Below are positions 22,101-31,229 of a stretch of DNA of 64,000 nucleotides, piece by piece. This DNA comes from Shigella phage B2. Where the stretch lies: the sequence record OM858838. One strand, 5' to 3'. Numbering within the stretch: the stretch's first letter is position 1; every line of letters begins with the position of its first letter. Made by a program: the position numbers and the translations under genes. The notes below the pieces were generated by a model that had not been told where the DNA came from, made no database searches, and saw only the letters and a program-made list of their open reading frames with translations.

Positions 22101-24413
22101 AACTAAACGGTCAGCTACATCTGGAGTAATAGAAGATGCATCTAAGTTCATCTGAGCCAGAACAGATTTAACATTCTTCTGAACTTCAGGAGATTTGTAA
22201 GTCTCTGGAGTAATCTCAGAAGGTAATGATTCCATGACTTTAGTCATTTCATCAGGAGTCAGTTTAAATCCTTCAGCAGTAGTCTTAACTGCCTGTACAT
22301 CAGGATGATTCAGTACAGCATTAATATTATCAATAGCAGTCTGATACTGAGCTTTCTGGTCTTCTGGAGCAGCATCCATCTGTGCCTGAATCTGAGGTAA
22401 TGCTTCTTCATATGCAGAGATAACACTGTTACCAACAGTAGCTAAATCTCTACGAGAAGCTTCATCTAGATTACGTTCTTTAATGGCACGAGAGATTCTC
22501 AGAATAGAATCAGGAGAACTGATTTCTTCTTCTGGAATAGCTTTGAATACTTCTTTGGCAGCAGGTTCAGTAACAGCATCTACAGCTTTAGTAGTTACAG
22601 TTGGTTCTACTGGCGCTTCAGTATTAGTTTGTGGGGCAGCTTGTTTAACTGATTCATTGGCAGCAGATACAGTATTTCTAAAGTCTTGTGCTCTGCTTTC
22701 AGTTCTACGAGTCTGTCTTGCATCAAATGCTGTACGACCTTGTTGAACTCCTTCTTGGATTGCTCTAGGTGTCTCACTGATAGCTGAACCAACAGCACCC
22801 ATACCCGCACCAGCAATAGCAGATTCAGCAACGTTTGAACCAATACCCTCAATGAGGGATTGAGATTCGTCAGCAGAGCTACGTACCCCGAGATTAGAAG
22901 CGAACTGACCAGAAGCGCCCTGTAATGCTTCCTCAACAGTCTCTTTAGCAGCATTCTGTGAAACCCTTGAAGATGCAGCCAGTAATCCTTTACCTTCCAG
23001 TAAAGATGGAGTTAACAGACGTGATTCAAAGGGAGCAGCAACCTTACCAGTTAATGCACCTAAAGTACCTGCCACAGCAGAAGTAACATTACCTGCTTGA
23101 GTACGTACCTGACTTCTAGCCTGAGATGGTGTAGCACCTTCAGCAATAAGGTCACGATACATTGGTGATTTTTCAGCTAACTGAGCATCAGTTAATTTAT
23201 CAATCTCATCCAGTGACTGTTGAGCATTTGAACCAGCTTCTTGGAAACCAACGTAACCAATAAATGCTCTTTCAGCAGCATCCTGTAGACGCTTTCTACC
23301 AAACTCAGTAGCAGCTAATTTAGTAGCAAAGTCCTCACCATACTCTTGAGCCAATTGCTTCAAAGCACCACGAGTAGCTAACTTACCTACGATACCACCA
23401 GTCAGTAAGTCTGGAGCAGATTCAGCAATCAGAGTAGTTAATGCACCTGGTGAAGTACCATACTGTTCAGCAGTATTAACGAACTGACGTAACTGTTCCT
23501 TAGCACCAGCTACTAATGGATTATCACCTTTAGCAATATCAGCAGCTTCTCTTGCTGCACCGCCTTGTTCAAAGCGTTGCTTATTGGCTTCGATAACAGA
23601 TTGTTCATATTGAACAGCAGGAGAATACTGAGAACGCTGTTCATCAACGAATTCTTTTAATGGCTTATCAATACCTGCTTGGTCTAACAGAGTAGGTTGC
23701 CCTACTTGGTCTTCTTGACCAGTAACATTAGCAATTAAATCCTGAGCATTCTGTAATGCTAAGTTACCTAAACTAGTAGCAAATCTTGCAGTATTACCTG
23801 CCCATACTTGGGCAGCATTACCAATGTCTGAAAGTTCCATAGGAGCATTTTCAAACTGGTCTGTATTAGCTTGAGCAATATTTAATGCAAGTTTGTCTCT
23901 AGCCGCTTGAGGACCATACTTCTGCTGTAAAGCAGAGATAGGCATATCTTTTAAATCAGCAAGATATTGGTCATTTGGATTAGTCTGTGCAGCTTGATTA
24001 GGAGCTACATAGTTAGGATGACTTGGGTCAAAAGGACCAGTACCACCAAATTCAGGAGATACTTGAGGATTAATCATCCTACGATAGAAAGGCTTAGTTG
24101 CTGCAATAGCATCATAGTTAGCCTGCATATCAGGAGTGGTTGGTTGAGTCTCAGGAATATTAAAATTATTAATATTCTGACCAGTCAACATTGCCTGCAT
24201 CTGTTCACGAGTATATTTAGGACCAGATTCAGCCAGACGAATAGCTTCCTGTCCTCTCTGATATTCAGGAGAACCTACAGGGAAATCTGTTTCTACTCCG
24301 GGTACTGGAGCACCCATCTCTACTTGTTTCTGCTGAGTGGCTTGATTTAGTTGTTGTGTTTTTTGTAAATCAACTCCAGCTAATTGTTGTTCTTTTTCAA
24401 ATCCGGTAGCCAT
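13188..24413 (-). CDS. virion RNA polymerase (N4 gp50-like vRNAP)
   Basis: 3741-aa ORF, the N4-like hallmark; T7-like motif B candidate IGRGLLKNPVTVTVYSGG; RBS GAGGA before start. Confidence 0.8.
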   Translation of the reverse strand: MATGFEKEQQLAGVDLQKTQQLNQATQQKQVEMGAPVPGVETDFPVGSPEYQRGQEAIRLAESGPKYTREQMQAMLTGQNINNFNIPETQPTTPDMQANYDAIAATKPFYRRMINPQVSPEFGGTGPFDPSHPNYVAPNQAAQTNPNDQYLADLKDMPISALQQKYGPQAARDKLALNIAQANTDQFENAPMELSDIGNAAQVWAGNTARFATSLGNLALQNAQDLIANVTGQEDQVGQPTLLDQAGIDKPLKEFVDEQRSQYSPAVQYEQSVIEANKQRFEQGGAAREAADIAKGDNPLVAGAKEQLRQFVNTAEQYGTSPGALTTLIAESAPDLLTGGIVGKLATRGALKQLAQEYGEDFATKLAATEFGRKRLQDAAERAFIGYVGFQEAGSNAQQSLDEIDKLTDAQLAEKSPMYRDLIAEGATPSQARSQVRTQAGNVTSAVAGTLGALTGKVAAPFESRLLTPSLLEGKGLLAASSRVSQNAAKETVEEALQGASGQFASNLGVRSSADESQSLIEGIGSNVAESAIAGAGMGAVGSAISETPRAIQEGVQQGRTAFDARQTRRTESRAQDFRNTVSAANESVKQAAPQTNTEAPVEPTVTTKAVDAVTEPAAKEVFKAIPEEEISSPDSILRISRAIKERNLDEASRRDLATVGNSVISAYEEALPQIQAQMDAAPEDQKAQYQTAIDNINAVLNHPDVQAVKTTAEGFKLTPDEMTKVMESLPSEITPETYKSPEVQKNVKSVLAQMNLDASSITPDVADRLVNSADTLGLSQQDVDKLKVISATGKAMSQVGKDVREGSDGFIGIQQYQQGIFRALSLGDTARAQGLLDHLNRFAEHMETKAAAFDQAAQNFTGNQPVEVINPTTGQPYLSLDGNPMTYHPVRSKGLIQEIRNDADAVRLAHTLTSQLVDGKPVDIPAQSAPVASEEVNNQTQESAPVKKETKPAPQQTTSSGIPAGPEMKSAEFTGQQQALYMQLGQYFTYNGKDYIAIGKDMGGIRAVPVNGGKTTIIPGEDTVTGKQDVLSSFNYGDTNVPYVMTPDGHIFSLRSTREVWATPSQARTDFLNHVRNTFPQPVSQQTTVEAPVETSEQTSQEEVQTPVQPEITQPVASEEAVRTEPVQGELFEKPDTVESDIQLQEKPTDVETDLMDESQLDLGSEKGVNYDILNGLQAETIRSDAKSTSDVDKEYQATNQVKKWFKPTGKRSAFLRTSNFSGRLNSIFTNGSNPITQIQNLFKGYIKPEQVTEKEVNVLRQFAGLVPAIEQSLIQSWGKLTPEGQRIFWETYPVEYFDEVRNINGENVYFLPQPVIEAMTAGMMQWFVRNASETTFNDDRTVMDILGLDNKTRPTVEQTDLLRNVGTDRQNVIDDLSREIFGVLGINADPNAPISVRDAVSKAMASEVLNVMINANLVQESVVKNSELAAVGSTKVNDSNMKNSRVFIRMNEESPAATRLVELMQNSNDLLGQLTNPQRERAGAYFGTPPKGQSTKVKNGGGQDIPEKMLAARNKASKQPHFINMGLHDLMLDKLGTQWIGRMLGIQSEENTNGAHLKSIQGSNRTIERDINTLVNGLTRMVEAGLPLATTPVYFGYNVISNFRMMLNSGDLNPQSAKLHRELVTVEPSTIELNNPQHGAFLDYAIAQGLDIAVDKLSSETARDRLNKAISTGLFRDAIDILKAAENQDAISDSDAETLLQAVKAGKEKTKTLHALYAQAQYELAVEQGKTSFQTHVMLELDGVTNGPFNSIVQLGLKDVNQDLLNKLEKGGFFYGQSDRLYNDAAEEPGFLDLYKTAAADSQQYINRMMDSVRNIPNRIAAMKNKPRQFQQKEMREIERLKNQMRVTLAASKLIGDVNIVEGENVDHPIQIGRGLLKNPVTVTVYSGGATAINRKIAMGIANGYYEAITEALRAVDAATNQEERDAAIEHINDLTNTTNELTTARVFRNGSWVQIGSPINLGQDVTMFEFDGEQIEAITQNIKIGIGAAVNESIANEFGTVVNRGKMMVYAAAVMHEVFMSRWNKEVERLETELRKEGKLSKYESLSQQQYNDIKNYLIGSMPIFNSWFTANNLDVEKLNEGILLSEEGRVPSDVHRMESRGRRELDGKMRRSTFGVDMPTYTEPGTRVMPLLVQSVEAAMQAIARDINPNNALNVFDGYINAVSHLDTGSQAINQGVLQSWNEFDLLQDFTNRFEQAMDGVNLAEELGPEADVRLEQSFRGIMEMIGADETNAPTSPEVVEAFTTLLKREAATQTAIKQGLLGGEAITSINQMTGANIPFNVKNGKQTDGEATDTRTPLEQLVANTELPTMDSVSLPKGRVTIPPTRQMTEALDRNGRTVKGHEGVKVLAKGDVVAAVREAAKSLPSRQNRITGFILDKIINSIPNDINVYVGSPEALSGVQQEMTPDTKVEFNDTFLGLTQGQNIYIGSQSIETVMHELIHAATADTVHNYYSNPEAITPAQRVEVASIEGLMNKFVNEYSSTNPETDAVVDLINTHIASGNMSQATAEFIAWGLVNPRMIDAMTQKTIAGTVTNVLKQLADSIKRLFAIGSNPDVTSYWSRLLGHTVALTDSTNPVKSNDETSYAQTNANNINRLDAETLFNKLDAGKATQDHVNHLTDTLDYLQSNIIKVIKNTGQQISGLDHYQEKLLVDSIDPEIDNSPNALIAHGFNMSEKEAFVFKMLQVSMKYGLENFSPSVLVARSLYAQARDTLKVEDFLTDPNNRSASEMALAKQRYDAVFGNTAVTTDATGRTNRLANFIALAETNEQLRNKLSQISVKRTRQTPATTLRERIGDLTNAILTWLSGLATKSLGNTDVASRLTKLAKNISHVDSEARDNLFGRLVRGAEKITDTTQDKLKSFGHTIRRQLLKVEKKVPKSVAFGITAGSAVFNDQDAQDVRDAITNIYMTIHQNGKLGTVAELINEFIGSNETNSTIHTLLTQKNMAADRARQIIREMVPGMIESTFVSLNQTEKEAIQRVVANTDMAYLFANGYDLARLNELLTNPTELAKEIASIESQLQTAGAQNAPFYIKSAYGLAKQMVHGVSPLAYQLPNAAAIARLIGTGRVRPNDATVNTVTQLVDTMASLAALKELSQTDIATVSNLINREMTKGEPNNNGMTFTLKYYSSLQGAELAKSGQNQALAGIKGFTPTLSDPNKKVIIASIKDEPSLSRRGYTRGAQVARDPQDTNKEPMYYYHSNNGGEPRWIAGVMSTLQNTVGGVNPITGRTVNGAMTPGIWRATEKNNLSTRKRSSIDNLFDANAPMPTGNNSYMQPVLNRAGSIMGYSYQMPRANKEAHLDVDNDFTKVIGAWEGRIAEEIQAARYNEMLLQRLHEMYVKDAREGRAYQYITMDENSTDHQLKEIYELMPIEMKEQAKKIWPDGKIKVRKDLLNNAFGYREPSVLNMWTGQTGYSKEFQKAFTSIAETFLGKNAARYLRLGERGLMEFVKEMKDWIVVRSIVVSAANIVSNMVHLATVGVSPVTMAKDMSTAVLAAEEYRKNEKLINEYSHYLAVNHNPKMADEYQRKISELKDSQARNPVADLIKAGLLPTIAEDLGQQDNYSLKDKLLNKMDEYTSGIPDSVKRVAKEVTLSRDSNVYFLLNRSIQYGDFVAKYSLYKHLTTRKSNPMDKDSALNRVMDEFVNYDVLPSRTRFYLDAIGLTWFLNYKIRIQKIILRTIRENPLRALFLMFGNSVESGLPNITEANLVTGSLSYNVGMGTALNGLTVHPLVSLY

Positions 24414-24488
24414 TAGGAATCCTCAGAAGGGAAATAACTGATATGAAGTGTACTAAAAGAAATCCCTCACTAGGAGGGATTTTGTCAT

Positions 24489-25913
24489 TTATCTGGTAGA
24501 AGTATTCACTTTTGGATTACCTAACGTATCCTCAAGGAACTTTCTAAGCTCTTGCCGTTGTCCTGTGTAATCAGGAACAACTGGCTGGAATGCAGGTACA
24601 TCAGTACCAGTGATATTAGCTTTAGGAATATTCCTTTGAAACTGAACCAATGGAGCACTGGCTTGTTTCATTAAAGTATCACCTGACTTATCTACCAATC
24701 TTAATGCATCTGTTAATGCTTGCTTGGCAGCAGCATTGTTAGCAGTCTTCATAATGTCTTTAGCATTGGATTCAACATCCCCAAAAGAGATTGTTACACC
24801 ATCTGCTAAACCACCCCATCTAGATGGGCTAAGAGACTTCTCAACAATGTATCCAATGGTTGCTGGAGTAGCATTAGGATACGCTTTCTTAGCTCTAGTA
24901 TAGGCTTCTGTGGCTTCATTAGGGTCTGCTAATCTACCTTGCAAACTCTTAATTACATCATCAGCAGAAGTCTTTTTATCGTCCTGTAAATTAAATACAG
25001 TTGGGTCAATACCAGAACTTAAGAATGCAGCATTAACTTCCTGTGTAGCATCAGCTTTATACTGGTCAGCAGCTTCTTTAATCAATGCACTCTGGTTCTG
25101 AATAACTGCTGTTTGAGAAGGAGTAGGAGCACCAAGAGTAGCAATGTTTTGAGCTACAGCACCAGCAACCTGATTACCTGTAACAGGGTTAATATCATAT
25201 TTCTTCTGCAACTCAGCAGCTTTAGCAGCAGGAGATTTATCTGGATTATCCAGAACCCATTGGTTTAATTCCTGACCATAAGAACGTAAATTACTACGCT
25301 CTTTATTAGCAGCATTCCTTTCAGCATTAGCAGAAGCTCTAGCAGCACGAGATTCAGCAAGCTGTGCTCTCTGTAATCCCATCTGTTCAATCTGCTGTCT
25401 ACGGTTAGTCAAATCACCATACAATTGACGAGAGTCAGCAAAATTAGCTTCATTGGCTCTCAAGAACTGTTCAGCCTGATTAGGATTAGAAGCCAATAAA
25501 GAATAGAACTGATTCTCAAATGGTTGAGAAGCCTGTTCCTTCTGTGCTTGTTCTAATTGAATCTGACCTTGTAAGTCCTGTCTCAATTGTCCGGGACGAG
25601 TAGCCAATGTCTGGTTAATAGCAGACTGGTCTACAGCAGCACCAAACCTTTCTCTTAAAGCATCTGGATTAAAGTCTGCTCTTGCAGCATCTAATTGAGA
25701 TGGGTCAGTAAAACCAAGTAATTGATTCTGAATATCAGCAGTATTTTGAGTACGTGCCGTATTAAAATTGATATTACTTAGCTGTTGATTCTGCTGAATA
25801 GGGGCTAATAAACCAGAGATTGCATCTCTGATACTTTGATTGCCAGCAAGTTGAAGTCTGGCTACTCCACCTAAGTCTGGAGCATCAATATTTCTCCAAG
25901 TAATCTGAGCCAT
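24489..25913 (-). CDS. virion-associated protein (Q/N-rich)
   Basis: 474-aa ORF directly upstream of vRNAP in the late operon. Confidence 0.45.
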   Translation of the reverse strand: MAQITWRNIDAPDLGGVARLQLAGNQSIRDAISGLLAPIQQNQQLSNINFNTARTQNTADIQNQLLGFTDPSQLDAARADFNPDALRERFGAAVDQSAINQTLATRPGQLRQDLQGQIQLEQAQKEQASQPFENQFYSLLASNPNQAEQFLRANEANFADSRQLYGDLTNRRQQIEQMGLQRAQLAESRAARASANAERNAANKERSNLRSYGQELNQWVLDNPDKSPAAKAAELQKKYDINPVTGNQVAGAVAQNIATLGAPTPSQTAVIQNQSALIKEAADQYKADATQEVNAAFLSSGIDPTVFNLQDDKKTSADDVIKSLQGRLADPNEATEAYTRAKKAYPNATPATIGYIVEKSLSPSRWGGLADGVTISFGDVESNAKDIMKTANNAAAKQALTDALRLVDKSGDTLMKQASAPLVQFQRNIPKANITGTDVPAFQPVVPDYTGQRQELRKFLEDTLGNPKVNTSTR

Positions 25914-25922
25914 GATTTCCCC

Positions 25923-26387
25923 TTACAGACGGTTCTTATCTAAATAGCTTTGAACGTCCTGTTCTTTACCAGCATAGTCAGAAGTACGACCTCTAATACG
26001 GTCTTCTAAAGCAGTATTATAAGTCTGTCTCTGGTTAGCCAAGTTTGTATTAAAAGCATTCTTCTGGAAGTTCAATTGGTCTTTAGCTAAGCCAAGAGTC
26101 TGCATACCATTCCATGCTTGGAACAATGAACCAAGACCTTGTAAGGTAGGAGATACTATACCCATAGATTGAAAGCCTGTAGATGGGTCAGTACCACCAA
26201 ACAAAGAACGACTAGTATCGCCATTTAACCAATTAGAGAATGCTGAAAACATTCCATTATCTGCAACTGGAGCATTACCTGTACTCAAAGGAGCATTTAA
26301 TACAGAACTTTGAGTAGGATTATATCCACCCGTTAATAGTTGAGCTTGGTCTGGGGCTTGATACCCAAAATTTAAATCAAATGCCAT
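25923..26387 (-). CDS. virion-associated protein
   Basis: 154-aa ORF in late operon. Confidence 0.4.
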   Translation of the reverse strand: MAFDLNFGYQAPDQAQLLTGGYNPTQSSVLNAPLSTGNAPVADNGMFSAFSNWLNGDTSRSLFGGTDPSTGFQSMGIVSPTLQGLGSLFQAWNGMQTLGLAKDQLNFQKNAFNTNLANQRQTYNTALEDRIRGRTSDYAGKEQDVQSYLDKNRL

Positions 26388-26389
26388 CG

Positions 26390-28717
26390 TTAACTCCTTA
26401 ATGAATTTAAGTCAGTAGGTAATGTTAAAGCATAATCCACATAACTACCGATACTATCTAGTGTAACAGTACCTGGATTCATATTTAATGTTCTGGCGAA
26501 AAATTCATCTGGTTGTTCAAACAGATTAAAGAATGCAGCATTCATTAAACCATCAATATCAATATTGGGATTTGGATTACCAAGAGCATCCATAGCATCT
26601 TCGATATCTTGCATCTGCTTCTGGTAGTTTTCTTGGTTCTTCTGCATGTCTTTAATTACATCTTGTAATTCTCTCTGTAGCTCTCCCTGAGCACCTTTTG
26701 ATACAGCAGGTACTAATCCCATTACCTCATTAGCATAAGGCAACCCAGCATTGCCTGTAGAGCCATATGATTGGTATGCAGATACTGCCCCATATGCCAG
26801 CATAGCTACAGCAGCAATAAACATGATATTTGGTCCAAGGTATCTAGCCAACAAAGACATACCTACACCAATAGCAATACCAATTGCTACTTGAGTAGCT
26901 AAGTAAATTGCTACAGCTAATGCCACTGATGTACCAGCAGCAGTTGCACCTGCGGCAGCAGCAGCTACCCCAGCAGATAATGTACCAGCAGAGTACACAG
27001 CAATTACAACAGCAATGATAATGGTTACTACTTTGAATATACCTGTCTGATACCACTTAGCTTTAGTAACTTCATATGAGTTAACCACTATATGTAAGCA
27101 GTCAAACGTCATCTGAGTACGTTGAACAATCTGCTGTGCTTCTACTACGTTTACACATAAAGGAATTAAGAAGCCTTCATTGTCTGGGTCATTCAAACTA
27201 GCTTCACCAGTGATATTTACTGAGTGTCCTTTATATACATAATTAACATGTTCTAAACCACATACCTCTACTTCTTCATATTGAGTAGCTGAAATCTGTT
27301 TACGGAAAGTAATGACAGTTACATCAGCAGTCATCTCTGTTGATTGGTTAAATTGATTAATTATCTGGATAGCAGCAGCAGGTCCAGATGTTCTAGTCAC
27401 AGTTCCTTTAGGACCAATAGAACCAGTCTTCACAATCAATGATGAGTATTGGTAAGCAATAGAAATATTGTATGGGTCTTCCTTAAGACTCAATCTGTTT
27501 ACAGGAGGCTTAGGGGATATGTTTGATATGCTACCTGTATCTGGGTCAACATTCTCATTATACCAAGTTACGTACTTGGTTTTATCTGAGGGGGATACCT
27601 GAGCCAAGTACTTAAAAAACTCATGTAAGTAATCCATAGAGGATTCATATTGTGAGTTCAGTGAGATGCCTAATACAAAAAATGCATGGTCAATATCATC
27701 AACATCAGGGTTCTCATTAATCTTATCTCCAAGCATAGTGTACTTGAGATTAAGTTTATTCATGAGAGTCTTAGATGTTTTAAACATCTCAGGGCTTACA
27801 TTAGCAGGGTCAGTGTAATCAGTGTTATTTACTCGTAATGGAACTACAGGATAGTAAGCAGAATCCTTAATGAAACTATCTTGAATAACATCAAGAGTAG
27901 GATACGTACCTAAGCCAGCCTGATAAATGAAGTACTGCTTACGAGACAAATCATCAACAATGACAGTTGTTGTAATCTTGGTTTCAGTCTCAGCATCATT
28001 TACTTCAGTCACTACTGTAGTTGTAGTGATAGTGAAATGACCAAAGTTATTATCTGTAGTCTCACTAGTAGTAGTGCCATCTACATCGCCCGGTTCAAAT
28101 GGTCTGGTTTCAGTAGTGACAGTAGGAGTACCGGGAGTACGTACACGGTAAATAACTTGGTAGTATTCTTTGGTGTAATCGATATCAGGGAATGATTTAT
28201 TCTCTGTAAAATCTATATCAGGTGGAGTATTACTCATCTGAATAGTAGCTACACCGTTGTTATCAATTGTCCAATCAATAACAGCATTAGCATTTACACC
28301 GGATGGTGGATTACCCATGCCTCCATAGTCTGCATCCCATTGGTATTGGTCAGTAAGATACTGCTCAATCCAATAAGATAAATCAGCTACGTTATAATCA
28401 GACATGACTATAGATACTTGTTTGCCTGCATTCAGAGATGATAATACAGCCAGCAAATCATCATTATTAGGTGTTCCATAGAAGATGGAACCATCAGGTA
28501 AACCAAGTTCATAGTAATCTCTACCGTATCTATAGACCTGTCTAATCTTGGTTCCCATTCCTTTGAGATATGCTTGTGGGATAGCTGTACCAAAGTCACT
28601 ACCCTGCATTACAGAAGACGTGATTAGTTTCTGTAAAAAGTTAGTAGGGTTATCCCCTGCTAAGTTAACAGTGACTGAAGATACAGAGATGATTTTCTTT
28701 CTACTGAATAATCCCAT
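26390..28717 (-). CDS. internal virion / ejection-type protein with hydrophobic segment
   Basis: 775-aa ORF with long Ala/Gly-rich transmembrane-like stretch. Confidence 0.45.
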   Translation of the reverse strand: MGLFSRKKIISVSSVTVNLAGDNPTNFLQKLITSSVMQGSDFGTAIPQAYLKGMGTKIRQVYRYGRDYYELGLPDGSIFYGTPNNDDLLAVLSSLNAGKQVSIVMSDYNVADLSYWIEQYLTDQYQWDADYGGMGNPPSGVNANAVIDWTIDNNGVATIQMSNTPPDIDFTENKSFPDIDYTKEYYQVIYRVRTPGTPTVTTETRPFEPGDVDGTTTSETTDNNFGHFTITTTTVVTEVNDAETETKITTTVIVDDLSRKQYFIYQAGLGTYPTLDVIQDSFIKDSAYYPVVPLRVNNTDYTDPANVSPEMFKTSKTLMNKLNLKYTMLGDKINENPDVDDIDHAFFVLGISLNSQYESSMDYLHEFFKYLAQVSPSDKTKYVTWYNENVDPDTGSISNISPKPPVNRLSLKEDPYNISIAYQYSSLIVKTGSIGPKGTVTRTSGPAAAIQIINQFNQSTEMTADVTVITFRKQISATQYEEVEVCGLEHVNYVYKGHSVNITGEASLNDPDNEGFLIPLCVNVVEAQQIVQRTQMTFDCLHIVVNSYEVTKAKWYQTGIFKVVTIIIAVVIAVYSAGTLSAGVAAAAAGATAAGTSVALAVAIYLATQVAIGIAIGVGMSLLARYLGPNIMFIAAVAMLAYGAVSAYQSYGSTGNAGLPYANEVMGLVPAVSKGAQGELQRELQDVIKDMQKNQENYQKQMQDIEDAMDALGNPNPNIDIDGLMNAAFFNLFEQPDEFFARTLNMNPGTVTLDSIGSYVDYALTLPTDLNSLRS

Positions 28718-28748
28718 AAGTATTAAAGGAGGCTTTCGCCTCCTCTCC

Positions 28749-29369
28749 TTAGTAGTTTACGCTAACCCCATCTGCTACTTTCCTCGTAAACGCATCCACC
28801 GCAGCAGTGTCGAATCCTGTTGGTAATGGCGTACCATCATCAACTGTCTTACGAGTAATCCAAGTATCAGAAATAATCTTCAATGCCTTCTGTTCAGCAT
28901 CTCTGATGAAGCCATCTTTCTGTTGTTTATACAGTGCAATCTGAGCACCAATAATACCGGTTACAGGTACACTATCAACAGTATCTGAAATCTGTGCTTT
29001 CTCAGTCTTAACCTTCTGAGCAATAAGTTCCTTGTTAAGCTCTAACAGTTCAATCTCTTTATCAGCTTTCTCAAGTTCCTTATCAGCCAGTTCAATTTGC
29101 TTATTGGCTAATTCAATCTGAGCATTAATCAGAAGGTTATTGAGATAGGTTTTATCCTTTTCAATAAGGAAAGTAACAGCTTGTTGTAGAACTGCTGTTA
29201 ACTGGCCTAAGTATACCTCTGCATACTGAGTACCAGTGATTCTTTCCATATCCCACTGAGCACTAAGATGAGCATTGGCTGCTGTCATCAACTCATCAAA
29301 GATACCAGTACCATCAACTACTTTAGTAGTCAGGTCTTCATTTGTAATTGGTTCGATAACAACAGCCAT
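28749..29369 (-). CDS. coiled-coil structural protein
   Basis: 206-aa ORF with heptad-rich K/E/L segment. Confidence 0.4.
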   Translation of the reverse strand: MAVVIEPITNEDLTTKVVDGTGIFDELMTAANAHLSAQWDMERITGTQYAEVYLGQLTAVLQQAVTFLIEKDKTYLNNLLINAQIELANKQIELADKELEKADKEIELLELNKELIAQKVKTEKAQISDTVDSVPVTGIIGAQIALYKQQKDGFIRDAEQKALKIISDTWITRKTVDDGTPLPTGFDTAAVDAFTRKVADGVSVNY

Positions 29370-29379
29370 TATCTACTCC

Positions 29380-29928
29380 TTAATCGATAGATTTAGCAGC
29401 AGCCTGTTGGTTCTTCAGGTCTTCTAACTCAGCAGGAGTCAGATTAGGAAGAACTTCAATTGCATAAGCATTGGCTTGAACAGACTGTTGTGTATCACCC
29501 TTAGGACCTTTGATGGTCTTAATGGATGCATACTTACGGTCACGTAAGAACTTATAAATGATGTTAGGTACGTGGTAACCATTCTCGTAGAACTCTTCAC
29601 GATAAGGTACGAACACTTTAATGTTACCTACCACGTCATTGGAGACAGTAATAATCTCACCTTGATAATCTGCTTTGTTTGGGTCCATACAAGTCAGACG
29701 AATACGTACAAGCTTCATAGCTTCATCTGCTGCTTCAGCACGTAACTGTGCAGGGGATTTGGTTTTAGTTTCAGTCACAGTTTCTACCTCAGCAGTTGTA
29801 TTGGATTCACCATTTAATTTAGCTTGGACTTTCTCACGTAACTTTTCCAAACCAATGTTTGGATGATAAGCAATACCTAGCTGGTCAGCTTGTGTTTTTA
29901 GTAAATCAAGTTCGTTTAAATCAGACAT
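29380..29928 (-). CDS. structural protein, unknown role
   Basis: 182-aa ORF downstream of capsid gene. Confidence 0.4.
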   Translation of the reverse strand: MSDLNELDLLKTQADQLGIAYHPNIGLEKLREKVQAKLNGESNTTAEVETVTETKTKSPAQLRAEAADEAMKLVRIRLTCMDPNKADYQGEIITVSNDVVGNIKVFVPYREEFYENGYHVPNIIYKFLRDRKYASIKTIKGPKGDTQQSVQANAYAIEVLPNLTPAELEDLKNQQAAAKSID

Positions 29929-30000
29929 ACAGTTTCCTTTTAAATTTCTGGGTGGAACCAGTTTTAACTAGTCTCGGTAAGTTTACCGTATTTTATAGAT

Positions 30001-30027
30001 AAAAAAAGAGTGGGTTTCCCCACTCTT
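30001..30027 (-). terminator. rho-independent terminator after capsid gene
   Basis: On - strand: agagtgggg-aaa-cccactct followed by T7. Confidence 0.7.
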
Positions 30028-30043
30028 AGTTAGTTTTAGCTCA

Positions 30044-31213
30044 TTACATAGCAGCTACAGTTTTGAACAGAGCAATCCATTCAGGACGCAGAATCAGTGA
30101 ACCGTAGTACCACTTGATTGAGGTCAGGCCCATTTCACCATACGGGTCAGCATAAGACACAGTCTCAATGCCTGGTTTCTTAGTATAAGTGGTGAACTTA
30201 ACAGTCTTACCATCAGTCTGGAAACCGATAGTGGTGAAGGAACCAGAACCAACACACAGCATTGGGAATACATCATACTTACCAGAGGTAGCATAGTAAC
30301 CCGGATTGGTAGTAACGGTAGCACCAGCACCTGCCCATTTCAGCATCTTAGGAACGACGATGACACGGAAAGAAGCGATGGAACCAATCTCACCTTTTAA
30401 CAGGTTACCAGCATCAGCATACTGCTGTACTGGAATGAATGCTGCATTATCAAACGGGTCTTTCATCTTACGAAGCTGAAGTTCCAATTCAGAACCAATG
30501 TACAGAGCACGAGCACCTTGAATGGTACGAGTGTCAGTCATCAGAGAACCAGCAATCAGCTTAGTCTGCATAGGACACAGGTTATCGTTCAGGGTAATAC
30601 CCATCTTAACCAGACCTTCGTAGGTAACTACAGTAGCAGTACCTTCACCAGTCATATCAGCATTAGATGTAGCAGCACCTGGATAACGAACAACACCTGC
30701 ACCATTCAGCAAATCAATTTGCAATTGGTCTTCAGTGATTTCGTTAGCACCTTTAACTGCTTCCTGAATCAGATGGCTATCCAGTTCTTCATCAGTATCG
30801 AAATCCATTGCTTCCTGAGTCCACTCATAGAAGAAACCGAATTTCTTGATTGAACCAATCAGTTGGATACGGGTGAAACCAACACGGTTAACTCGACCAC
30901 CATTCTCAGTCAGAGCAGGCAGTTTAGATGGGATAGTACCAATGTCTTTGCTAGAACCATACAGGTTACCGTTAGCAATGGTAGCACCAGCAGCATCAAT
31001 ACCTTGGTCGTTAACGTTACGGTCATCTAACAGCGGTACATAGTGATACAGCTTAATTTGTTTACCCATGTTCTTAGGCATGTTGGTAACTTCAGCCAAC
31101 TGACCAAAGTACATTTCTTTAGCTGCATCAACCAGTGCTTTCTTGTAGTAGTAGTCCAGACGAATCTGAGGACCAATACTAGAAGGGGTTGTATTCGGAG
31201 CATTATACTTCAT
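30044..31213 (-). CDS. major capsid protein
   Basis: 389-aa ORF between scaffold-like gene and a strong terminator; call is positional. Confidence 0.6.
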   Translation of the reverse strand: MKYNAPNTTPSSIGPQIRLDYYYKKALVDAAKEMYFGQLAEVTNMPKNMGKQIKLYHYVPLLDDRNVNDQGIDAAGATIANGNLYGSSKDIGTIPSKLPALTENGGRVNRVGFTRIQLIGSIKKFGFFYEWTQEAMDFDTDEELDSHLIQEAVKGANEITEDQLQIDLLNGAGVVRYPGAATSNADMTGEGTATVVTYEGLVKMGITLNDNLCPMQTKLIAGSLMTDTRTIQGARALYIGSELELQLRKMKDPFDNAAFIPVQQYADAGNLLKGEIGSIASFRVIVVPKMLKWAGAGATVTTNPGYYATSGKYDVFPMLCVGSGSFTTIGFQTDGKTVKFTTYTKKPGIETVSYADPYGEMGLTSIKWYYGSLILRPEWIALFKTVAAM

Positions 31214-31229
31214 AAGTTATCATCCTCGT

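Noticed and set aside
14316-23000. Short + and - strand ORFs inside the vRNAP gene (e.g. 14316-14534, 16099-16395, 17434-17892, 19224-19460, 22483-22954).
   Set aside because: They lie wholly within and antisense or out of frame to an uninterrupted 11.2-kb ORF, and have no RBS or motifs.
26844-27056. Cys-rich 70-aa ORF on the - strand.
   Set aside because: Alternative frame of the Ala/Gly-rich hydrophobic segment of the 775-aa virion protein; a frame artefact.
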